NCBI GenBank assembly: GCA_964535035.1
Contig: CAZHRV010000010.1
Coordinates: forward strand, 1 to 62,933
DNA from: an uncultured Rikenellaceae bacterium
GTDB taxonomy: Bacteria; Bacteroidota; Bacteroidia; Bacteroidales; VadinHA17
Direction: 5' to 3'
Length of the DNA: 62,933 nucleotides
The translations under genes and the position numbers were made by a program. The notes below the pieces were generated by a model, which ran no database searches, was not told the DNA's origin, and saw only the letters and a program-made list of their open reading frames with translations. Each line of letters starts with the position of its first letter. Position 1 is the first letter of the stretch. Shown here piece after piece: positions 1 through 7,578 of this stretch.

Positions 1-1
1 T

Positions 2-45
2 TGCAAAAACCGTGACAAGCTTATTGCCTATACCAGCGTGTTAGA
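2..45. repeat. Direct repeat copy A (core TGCAAAAACCGTGACAA)
   Basis: The 17-nt core is identical to 427-443, and 22 of the first 24 nt match. Similarity continues to about 45 nt with a 1-nt indel. The window begins on this repeat. Confidence 0.7.
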
Positions 46-426
46 GGTTAGTTGCGCCATGCAGGATCTGTCTTGAGAGCAGAGAGGCAGGCTTGCGACG
101 GGTTGGGCATGCGGGCTGGTTGATTTCGGGGCAAGCCGGTAATCATTCCAGTTTTCTCTTTCTGCAGATTGAGTTAGTGAACAATCCATTGCTACAAAAC
201 TAACTGTGTATTGTGATACTGTCTTTGCTTGTTAAGGGTACAAATTAGGTGCGCAATTACCCCTAACGGCTCGGCAATAAAATTTAGTAGGTGTTGCTGA
301 GAGACTGGAGGTTGTGACCATAAAATCTTCTTTGAGGCAGAGTCCCGGCACACAGCCGGAAGGAACGAAGCATGGCACGTGTTTTTGCTGTCAAGGTACA
401 AATCTGTCCTTTGAGCAGGAAGTAAA

Positions 427-470
427 TGCAAAAACCGTGACAAACCTATTAATTTTATTGTCCGTGTTGT
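427..470. repeat. Direct repeat copy B (core TGCAAAAACCGTGACAA)
   Basis: Same orientation as copy A, 425 bp downstream of it. It lies about 200 bp beyond the 3' end of the IS91 transposase gene. Confidence 0.7.
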
Positions 471-665
471 ACGTAGCGCTGTTTATTTTATTAATAGGAA
501 TTTCAATTTTTAATCTGTCAGCAGGAGTTGTCCCGAAGCCACAAGTCCTGTTTATTTTTTGATAGGGAAGAGGATTTTTCCCATAAAAATTCATGTTATC
601 GAAGCCTGTAACGGTCATTTTTGGTCATTTTCTCGCAACAGGGCATAGTTATCCCATGAAAGGCA

Positions 666-1904
666 TTAGGCGACTTTCTGAAAGAATGTCGCATGCGGAT
701 CAGGGTTAAGTCCCAGTCTATAGTAAATATATGTTCCGTTGTTTGATTGAGCAATTGAATGAGAATATGTTTTAATGACATTACATTTTTTACAAAGCAA
801 GGGGTCATGCCCTGTTTCAGACTGCTGAAGTTCTCTCCAGGTAATAGTGACATCATCACCGCCGCTGAAGAATTCTTTGGGAAGGTGTCCGCGGTTGGAA
901 TAAATCCCGTAATATCTGACCAGTCTGAAACTGGGCAGGGGTACATGCTGGAGCAGAAGAGCGAAGAAGTCACGGTAATTAAGAACCATCTCTCTTTCAA
1001 TCGGTTTTCCGTTAATGTCTTTGTTTTTGTAGTCTTTGTAACGGAAAGCAATGAACTCTCCATCTATGCGGGTTATTTTGTATTCACTAAGGCAGGCTCT
1101 TTTTGAGTACCGGCCGATATATCTTATAACATCGGAAGGTGTCTCCATTGGATCTTCAAAATGAATAATCCAGTTTTTTTGATTAACACGTTTTATGAAT
1201 CGTTTAAACTCGATAATGTTCTTGAAATCATGGTCAAGTTTACCGGATTTGAAGAAGTCGATCAGCCTCTTTTCAAATATGCCTCTGAATTTGGATTTAA
1301 GGTAATCATAATTGACATATCTTCCTTTGATCTGCAGAACAGTTCTGTTTTTATCTACTCCACCCCATGAGAGGATCATGTGGGTGTGAAAATGATTTTG
1401 TTTCTGTTCGCCAGCAGTATGGAGGACGGAGATGATACCTGGCTGCAAATCGAACTTGTAATTGATCCAGTCTTTGAGCGCTTCGGCCGAAGTCTGCATG
1501 AGTGTATTGAGCAGGATAAATTTGTTTCTTATTATCAGGAAGTTGAGTTGGTGAGGGATGGTAAAAACAACGTGCCTGTGAGGTATGTTTAACATATTTC
1601 CTTTAACCTTCTCTGCCCATCTGACGGTGTCGTTCCAGCTGCATGTAGGGCAGAACCGGTTTTTACAGCTGTGGTATACTTCGGTCGTTTCCCCACACTG
1701 AGGACATGAATAGATGTCTACACCAAGAGCTGCGGTCCGGCATGACCGTATATCCTGAACAGCTTTATACTGTTCTGGTTGAATAAAGTGTTTTGGGTGT
1801 TTGCAGTACTCATCCCACCAGGAGTCAAAGAAAGTGGCAAGGTGATATTTTTTTTCACCAAACCAGTCATGCTTCTGAGGTGTATGAATAGCACATTCAC
1901 ACAT
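666..1904 (-). CDS. IS91-family Y2 (HUH) rolling-circle transposase
   Basis: 412 aa. It has an N-terminal zinc-binding module (CPQCG...SCKNRFCPTCS), an HUH-like motif (HFHTHMIL) and a paired-tyrosine motif (RYIGRYSKR). Confidence 0.9.
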   Translation of the reverse strand: MCECAIHTPQKHDWFGEKKYHLATFFDSWWDEYCKHPKHFIQPEQYKAVQDIRSCRTAALGVDIYSCPQCGETTEVYHSCKNRFCPTCSWNDTVRWAEKVKGNMLNIPHRHVVFTIPHQLNFLIIRNKFILLNTLMQTSAEALKDWINYKFDLQPGIISVLHTAGEQKQNHFHTHMILSWGGVDKNRTVLQIKGRYVNYDYLKSKFRGIFEKRLIDFFKSGKLDHDFKNIIEFKRFIKRVNQKNWIIHFEDPMETPSDVIRYIGRYSKRACLSEYKITRIDGEFIAFRYKDYKNKDINGKPIEREMVLNYRDFFALLLQHVPLPSFRLVRYYGIYSNRGHLPKEFFSGGDDVTITWRELQQSETGHDPLLCKKCNVIKTYSHSIAQSNNGTYIYYRLGLNPDPHATFFQKVA

Positions 1905-1976
1905 GCAGCGATAGTGTTTGATCCTTTACCTTCTGTCCTTCCACACTGAACAGAAGGGGATTTTCTATCCACTAAT

Positions 1977-2213
1977 TTACGACTTTCCATTAGAAGAAGA
2001 ACCAGTTTTGACTTTTTTTATCTGGTTGCGCATAATCATGTGATCAATTTGTATCTGTCCCTTATTGCTGAGATATACTTCCTCGGTAGCGCCACAGAAT
2101 GTGCATTCGGGAATAGGATTGAACAGGAGTTCGCTTTGTTGGTCGAACTTGATGGAGATCATGTCTACATCGAAGATATTCAGGCAATTTGAGCATGCGA
2201 AGTTTATTTTCAT
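1977..2213 (-). CDS. Hypothetical small zinc-ribbon protein
   Basis: 78 aa with two CxxC pairs (CSNC ... CTFC). It lies 72 nt upstream of the transposase gene on the same strand. I recognise no family. Confidence 0.4.
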   Translation of the reverse strand: MKINFACSNCLNIFDVDMISIKFDQQSELLFNPIPECTFCGATEEVYLSNKGQIQIDHMIMRNQIKKVKTGSSSNGKS

Positions 2214-2229
2214 GGTGTCATTGTATTGT

Positions 2230-2264
2230 GTTGTAGTCTACGCGGGTACCGCGTTACGTACAAC
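2230..2264. repeat. GC-rich imperfect palindrome (hairpin)
   Basis: GTTGTAGTCTACGCGG-GTA-CCGCGTTACGTACAAC. The central 6-bp stem and the outer 6-bp stem are both perfect, with a 4-nt internal bulge. It sits between the hepT stop and the zinc-ribbon ORF start. Confidence 0.55.
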
Positions 2265-2385
2265 TTGTTTATATGAGTAATAAAATTACTTTAAGTGTTC
2301 TGATTAGGGTGGATAACGTTAGGTTTTGTTGTTATAGAGTTTCGAAATGAGTGGTCAAAATTATGAAGATACCCGTTGGAAAATA

Positions 2386-2718
2386 TCATTGAAGCATTAT
2401 TGCTACTTCTTGATTTAATGCTTCCAAATGATTGTTGATTATCGTCCAGATAATCGATGGATCAATTGTATCATATGAGTGAATTATCCTGTTACGCAAT
2501 CCAACAATCTTATTTGCATTTTCTAAAAGCTTCCCGGGATTCAGCTTTTCAAATTTACTGACCACTTCACCAATTATCCCAAGCTGCCTTTCTACTGCAC
2601 TCTGAGTCTTTAAATCAGAAACATAACTGTCATAATCCTTTATATCAGAGGTGAAAGATTCAATCAATTCAATTGCCTGAATAATATCAGATAAGTACTT
2701 TTTGTCCTGATCCGTCAT
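2386..2718 (-). CDS. hepT: HepT-like HEPN (DUF86) toxin
   Basis: 110 aa with the Rx4-6H motif (RNRIIHSYD). It overlaps the upstream nucleotidyltransferase gene by 32 nt. Confidence 0.85.
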   Translation of the reverse strand: MTDQDKKYLSDIIQAIELIESFTSDIKDYDSYVSDLKTQSAVERQLGIIGEVVSKFEKLNPGKLLENANKIVGLRNRIIHSYDTIDPSIIWTIINNHLEALNQEVAIMLQ

Positions 2719-3022
2719 ATATTAACACTTTTGTAGAGTCAATATTTTTCTTTAAAAATGGATTACGTATTGAAGAATCAGTGAGAAGATCAACTTTACG
2801 GTTAAAAAATACTTCAAATAAGTCCCAGAGTGATAGCAACTTCTCACCCCTGTCAATAGGATCCTTTGAATCAATCTCTACAAGCAGGTCTATATCACTC
2901 TTCTCCGTATCAAATTCTTCCTTAATGGATGATCCAAAAGCATACAGGTATTTTACTTTGTGATCTATGCACAAAACCACAAAATCATCACGCCTCCTGG
3001 ATATTTCATCTCTGATAATCAT
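2687..3022 (-). CDS. mntA: MntA-like minimal nucleotidyltransferase antitoxin
   Basis: 111 aa with the motif GSS...x10...SDIDLLV (GSx10DxD). It lies upstream of and overlaps the HEPN gene. Confidence 0.85.
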   Translation of the reverse strand: MIIRDEISRRRDDFVVLCIDHKVKYLYAFGSSIKEEFDTEKSDIDLLVEIDSKDPIDRGEKLLSLWDLFEVFFNRKVDLLTDSSIRNPFLKKNIDSTKVLIYDGSGQKVLI

Positions 3023-3168
3023 AATTCAAAGATATACTTTTTATCAGTGATTGTATCTTATCTTAAATTCTATTGAAATCCCAATTTGTGATACCGGACT
3101 GATTAAAATGTATCTGAATAGAATATTAATATGCAGATAATCTCTGATTAACAATAATCCTTGAATTT

Positions 3169-4680
3169 TTACTTCAAATCCAAATCCTCTATCGGACTCC
3201 TTACATCTACCAGATTACGACGACTCACATGCGTGTAAATCTCTGTCGTCTTTGTGCTTTTATGCCCTAATAACTCCTGTATGTACTTGATATCCAGACC
3301 ACTCTCGTGGAGATGAGTAGCATAACTGTGCCGTAAACTGTGAACCCCTACCTCCTTGTCAATACCTGCTTTTCTTAATGCTCCCTTGAATACCCTGTAT
3401 ACACTCTCCGATGAATACCTGCCCCCCGACTGACCTTCAAATAAATATATCACAGGTCTATAACTCTCAACATATTCGTCAATCTTAGCCCACACCTTTT
3501 TAGGTACAGGAACTATCCTGTCAACCATACCCTTGGCCTCAATGATATTCAATATGCCGCGCTCCCGTTCAAGATCCCTCAACCTTATGTTAGTTACCTC
3601 ACTGCGCCTTAAACCGCATGAATATATCATCCATAATAACAGCTTGTGCTTCATGTTATTCGGGGAATCCAATATACGCTTAACCTCTTCCTTCGAAAAT
3701 ACCTTCGGTAATGAACGACTCCTGCGAGGCCTGCCAAGCTTTATCACATTTATCTTTCCATTGCCGTTCAGACTGTAAAATAACTTGATAGCTGAAATAA
3801 TCTGGTTCTGATATGATGTGGAATATTTGTTCTCAAATATATAATCACGGAAAAAATCCGAGATATCAACTTCAGTTATATCAGAAGGAAGCCTTTCATT
3901 AAAATATTTAAAAAATAATTCCAGCAAACCGACATAAGCTTCTATAGTGTTTCCACTGTAACGATTCTCTTTAAGATACCTTCTTATCTTCTCTATGCCT
4001 TCAACAGCTTCTTGCCCCAGGATTCTGTTCCTTACCTCAGAACCTCTTTCATTGCGCTTCTCCTTTAATGGTCCCAGTGCCTCAAACCTCTCAACTTTAA
4101 CATCAATACCTCTGAACATAAAATAATCAGCCAGGGAATCAACTGCCATCTGAGACCACTCCAACGACCATTCCCTGCGGAATCTGTCATAAAAAGGCTT
4201 GCCATAACGCTTCAATTCACTTATCCATTCGGGATCGTAACGACCAAGGAACTTTATTATCAGCCGGTCATCCGGCTGACTGATCGAAAACCGTACAGAA
4301 CCAAACCTGCTCCCCTTGCCGGGAACACCCGATATATGCCTGATCGTGACAGGTTGACTGTATCCCCCGGTTACTGTTTCCCTTTCTTTCTTATTTGCAG
4401 ACTGCCGGGGATGAGAAATTGCCTTCGCAGTGATTTTGCTTTTCTCTGAAGGTAGTGAGATCAGCGAGATATCAACATCGGCAATATCCTTCAGGGATGA
4501 GAGGATATTCTTCAGGACTTCTTCCTTACATGCAACATGCCAGCATTTGTTTGTGCCACTGTATGTAACACCTGGCATAGATTTTACAATTTTATTGACC
4601 ACGGGATCATAATCGAAATAAATCCCATATCTCCATTCATCATTATGGAGAATCCTTTTTAATGTGATTTTCTTTTTCAT
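3169..4680 (-). CDS. Tyrosine-type site-specific recombinase/integrase with a long N-terminal extension
   Basis: 503 aa. The C-terminal catalytic residues are present: RRSE (R), HSLRHSYATHL (HxxR) and LLGHKSTKTTEIYTHV (H...Y). The N-terminal ~200 aa look like two related modules. Confidence 0.9.
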   Translation of the reverse strand: MKKKITLKRILHNDEWRYGIYFDYDPVVNKIVKSMPGVTYSGTNKCWHVACKEEVLKNILSSLKDIADVDISLISLPSEKSKITAKAISHPRQSANKKERETVTGGYSQPVTIRHISGVPGKGSRFGSVRFSISQPDDRLIIKFLGRYDPEWISELKRYGKPFYDRFRREWSLEWSQMAVDSLADYFMFRGIDVKVERFEALGPLKEKRNERGSEVRNRILGQEAVEGIEKIRRYLKENRYSGNTIEAYVGLLELFFKYFNERLPSDITEVDISDFFRDYIFENKYSTSYQNQIISAIKLFYSLNGNGKINVIKLGRPRRSRSLPKVFSKEEVKRILDSPNNMKHKLLLWMIYSCGLRRSEVTNIRLRDLERERGILNIIEAKGMVDRIVPVPKKVWAKIDEYVESYRPVIYLFEGQSGGRYSSESVYRVFKGALRKAGIDKEVGVHSLRHSYATHLHESGLDIKYIQELLGHKSTKTTEIYTHVSRRNLVDVRSPIEDLDLK

Positions 4681-4797
4681 AATGCAGCGATTTAATTGTT
4701 ATATAAATAATTAGCACTATAGATTTTAATCATATCCTCACTCTCCACATACCATCAATATCCTATCTTACACCTTTCACAATGCCCCTTAAACCAT

Positions 4798-4825
4798 GCA
4801 CCGTGCACCGTGTACCGTGTACCTT
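4798..4825. repeat. Heptanucleotide tandem repeat (GCACCGT GCACCGT GTACCGT GTACCTT)
   Basis: Four consecutive 7-nt units read directly, in non-coding DNA about 120 nt upstream of the integrase start. Confidence 0.75.
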
Positions 4826-5370
4826 GTTTGGTTTCGCCGAGCTCGCCTTCGGTTCGGTTCTTGTCTCTTGTATATAGCACAGCCCCGTCAGTCACAAAAG
4901 CAAATAATCCGTAATACATTGAAATACAATTTTATAACCACCTTTTGCCTGACTTTCCCCATCTTTATGTACATAAAATTACACAAAAAATAGATTATGT
5001 ACCGGGCAGAGTTAAAGAATTATTAACCAGAAAAGTAATAAACTACTTTTATTCATCCTGAATATCTGGATGCAGGTATGCAAAGTACTGATTTTCAAAG
5101 AATATATTTGAGAAAAATCAGTAACTTCAGCTCTTATAAAAAGATATTATATGTACTTTTTTGGGCAGAATCGATTTGCCGGTAGAGGATATTACTGTCA
5201 TGGAGAGTGACAATGTAAGGTATTTTACATGAGAGGAGTTACTAAATGTCAGATTTATCGGTATTCTGAAAGGAACAGTTATAGACTATCTTCAGTACAT
5301 GGAGAACAGATCAGAATAATGAACCCCTTCTTTTTTTTTATGTTTTATTTTGCACTAATAAAATTTCCTT

Positions 5371-5378
5371 TAATTTTG
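5371..5378 (+). promoter_or_regulatory. Bacteroidota -7 promoter motif TAATTTTG
   Basis: Matches TAnnTTTG and lies 19 nt upstream of the tRNA-like sequence. Confidence 0.45.
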
Positions 5379-5396
5379 CATCGCATTTTACTTTTA

Positions 5397-5468
5397 GTGC
5401 GGTAGTTTTCCGAGGATTCGGGATTAGAATATCGGCCTGTCATCCCGAGAACTCGGGACGGGTTCGAG
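5397..5468 (+). pseudogene. Decayed tRNA-Asp(GTC)-like copy
   Basis: It shares GTGCGGTAGTT, TTAGAATATCGGCCTGTCA and ACGGGTTCGAG with the intact tRNA 160 nt downstream. The D-loop and variable region are replaced by two related 16-nt palindromic motifs. The 3' side of the T-stem and the 3' acceptor strand are missing. Confidence 0.7.
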
Positions 5469-5555
5469 AAACGAAATTATGGATTATTTCGTTTATATAT
5501 TAAGAAGTTTGAGAGACAGTTCTTTCTATATGAAGTTGAAGAATAAAAGTAATTT

Positions 5556-5630
5556 GGTGCGGTAGTTCAGTTTGGTTAGAATATCGGCCTGTCACGCCGG
5601 AGGTCACGGGTTCGAGCCCCGTCCGCACCG
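5556..5630 (+). tRNA. tRNA-Asp (anticodon GTC)
   Basis: 75 nt. It folds by hand into a cloverleaf: 7-bp acceptor stem GGTGCGG/CCGCACC, anticodon loop CTGTCAC, T-loop TTCGAGC. No CCA is encoded. Confidence 0.93.
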
Positions 5631-6094
5631 CAAGAATCACGCTTTATGGCTTCAGTGAAAGCGACAACAGCACCTGTATAGTCTTTATTGCGAAAATAAT
5701 AAAGGATGACATTGAAAATCAGAGGTTTATCCTATTCGCTGATCATAGGATTAATATAAAGCACATCCTCTTTCATCTTCACTGCCTTATCCTTGCGATT
5801 TGCTAATATCACCCCGATAATAATAAGCAGTGCCAGTATGATGAACATCAGAAATGGCGGGCTTTTAATCAACTCAATTATAAAAGAATTCCTTTTCACA
5901 AGAACCTGATTAGTTAAATTGAGCTATCGGACTATAAAATTATTAAAGAACACTAAACAAAGCAAATATTAATAGAAATTTTAGTTCCAATAAAATAACT
6001 TCTGGTTTGAACATTAAAGAAGTTACAGTTTAGTATATTGACTGGTAATCATGGACAAAAGTCCGTAAATATCTCATTATCACTTTGAATGAGA

Positions 6095-6631
6095 TCATGA
6101 TGCCCTGAAGAAGCTGAAATTAACTCCCCCGTAACTGCGATGCTCAAAGAATGACCTGTGATCATTGAAGCTCATACTCCTTGGATGCTCAAGTATTAAA
6201 AATCCAGCTTCGCTGATAATACCTGAGTCAGTAACTATATCAGGAATATCCTTCAGCCATTTCAGATCATAAGGCGGATCGGCAAAAACAATATCATATT
6301 TTGCCTGGCAAATCTTAAGGAAAGCCTTTACATCTATATGAACGGGTTTGATGTTTGTGAAGCCTATATCTTTAATAATACGTTTTATGACTGCAATATG
6401 TTTCTGATCCTGCTCAACAAGATGAACCTCACGGGCTCCGCGTGAAGCAAACTCAAAGCTGATGATGCCGGTGCCGGCAAAGAGATCCAGCACACTTACC
6501 GCTTCGAAATCAATACGATTGTTCAGGATATTAAAAAGACTCTCCCTGGCAAAGTCGGTCGTGGGCCTGGCTCTGAAACCGGGAGGCGGCACAAGCCTCC
6601 TGCCCCTGTATTTGCCGCCGATTATCCGCAA
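6095..6631 (-). CDS. rsmD: 16S rRNA (guanine966-N2)-methyltransferase RsmD
   Basis: 178 aa. It starts MRIIGGKYRGRRL and has the SAM-binding motif LDLFAGTG and the FADPPY motif. Confidence 0.9.
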   Translation of the reverse strand: MRIIGGKYRGRRLVPPPGFRARPTTDFARESLFNILNNRIDFEAVSVLDLFAGTGIISFEFASRGAREVHLVEQDQKHIAVIKRIIKDIGFTNIKPVHIDVKAFLKICQAKYDIVFADPPYDLKWLKDIPDIVTDSGIISEAGFLILEHPRSMSFNDHRSFFEHRSYGGVNFSFFRAS

Positions 6632-7464
6632 CTGGCTATTGTGAAGAGATTAATGAACCTGTGAAGCTCAATATCATTGAAGACATAACTGAATGTAAAA
6701 TTGCCTGAGGGCCCTGCAAACTTCAGATTGCTGATATACAATACAAAATTTGAATAAAGATCATCATACTTCTCTGTGAGTCCACTGAAATGTATCGCTT
6801 CATCATTACCGATTCCAAGGCTCTTAAAAACATTAAGAACAAAATAAAGAATGTCAGATATATTCCTGAAATTGAATGTATTGCTGAATTTAAGCGTTTT
6901 ATTGTCAAAAACAAAGAGATTAAAAAACTCTCTCTCGATATGCAGATGAATATATTTTCCTTCTTTACTCCTGCTATAATGGAACATCTGGCTCATCAGA
7001 GGCCTTGTATGATGATCAGGATGTACCCCCGGATAGAAACTATCGGCTATATCAATAAAAGATTTTGGAACTGAGAAAACAATATAAGCGTCAGGGTCCG
7101 GGATCTTGTTGACAAAGATCAGGTCGTTCTCTTCCTTGAGATGATTCAGGGTAAAATACTCTTCCTTCTTGCCGGGATCATAGAGCGGGGCAGGGATAAG
7201 GGTGGATTTGAATGATGGAATGATAATGTTAATCCTCTTATATTTCTTTGTAAGAAAATCATCCTGACTGATAATCTCACCTATCTTATCAGCTGAGAGG
7301 TACTTGTCGTTATCAGGATCATGTGATCTAAGAAGAATATATTTATTCCTTAACGTATCAAGGATAGTAAAGGCAAACCCGTCACGGCTCATCTGCACCG
7401 ACAATTCATAGTTCTCAGTTGAGTTTATGTCAAGTGTCTCATCAAAAAGCTCCAGAAAAGGCAT
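6622..7464 (-). CDS. DUF3822-family protein
   Basis: The N-terminus reads ...YELSVQMSRDGFAFTI..., and the gene overlaps rsmD by 10 nt, which is the usual Bacteroidota synteny. I moved the start to ATG 7464 because a CAAATATA promoter motif at 7486-7493 lies inside the longer ORF. Confidence 0.65.
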   Translation of the reverse strand: MPFLELFDETLDINSTENYELSVQMSRDGFAFTILDTLRNKYILLRSHDPDNDKYLSADKIGEIISQDDFLTKKYKRINIIIPSFKSTLIPAPLYDPGKKEEYFTLNHLKEENDLIFVNKIPDPDAYIVFSVPKSFIDIADSFYPGVHPDHHTRPLMSQMFHYSRSKEGKYIHLHIEREFFNLFVFDNKTLKFSNTFNFRNISDILYFVLNVFKSLGIGNDEAIHFSGLTEKYDDLYSNFVLYISNLKFAGPSGNFTFSYVFNDIELHRFINLFTIASCG

Positions 7465-7485
7465 CCGAACAACAAAATTTGTAAA

Positions 7486-7493
7486 CAAATATA
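7486..7493 (-). promoter_or_regulatory. Bacteroidota -7 promoter motif (TATATTTG on the minus strand)
   Basis: The reverse complement matches TAnnTTTG. It lies 22 nt upstream of ATG 7464. Confidence 0.45.
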
Positions 7494-7578
7494 ACAATAT
7501 GTTTAAACTCTAATCGGGTAAAAGTCTACTTTGTGTACCTTAGTGCCTTCCATTGTGTCTTTTGTGGTTAATTTTATT

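Larger units (their letters stand above)
666..4680 (-). mobile_element. Core of an IS91-family element: tyrosine recombinase plus Y2/HUH transposase in the same orientation, with intercalated cargo. True ends are not resolved.
   Basis: The two recombinase genes are co-oriented on the minus strand. A TA pair and a small ORF lie between them. The flanks are AT-rich non-coding DNA, and a tRNA gene lies nearby. Confidence 0.6.

Noticed and set aside
30-430. The GC-richer 400 bp as a structured RNA gene (tmRNA, RNase P RNA, SRP RNA or a group II intron 3' part).
   Set aside because: I found none of the hallmark motifs: no tmRNA tRNA-like end, no RNase P conserved blocks, and no group II domain V consensus. 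I cannot support an ncRNA call by eye.
192-1063. Track ORFs 192-443(-), 314-562(+), 391-618(-) and 596-1063(-) at the left end.
   Set aside because: They overlap each other, or run antisense or out of frame relative to the IS91 transposase. Their composition is odd and they contain no recognisable motifs. I treat the region as the non-coding IS flank.
1161-1592. Plus-strand ORFs 1161-1370 and 1380-1592.
   Set aside because: They run antisense inside the well-supported IS91 transposase gene.
4796-4993. 65-aa ORF MHRAPCTVYLVWFRR...
   Set aside because: Its start is generated by the heptamer repeat, and it continues through AT-rich spacer with no coding character.
5732-5899. Possible 55-aa single-TM ORF on the minus strand (GTG start; VKRNSFIIELIKSPPFLMFIILALLIIIGVILANRK...).
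   Set aside because: It is below the track threshold and needs a GTG start. No promoter motif or other support was found. It is plausible but not supportable from sequence alone.
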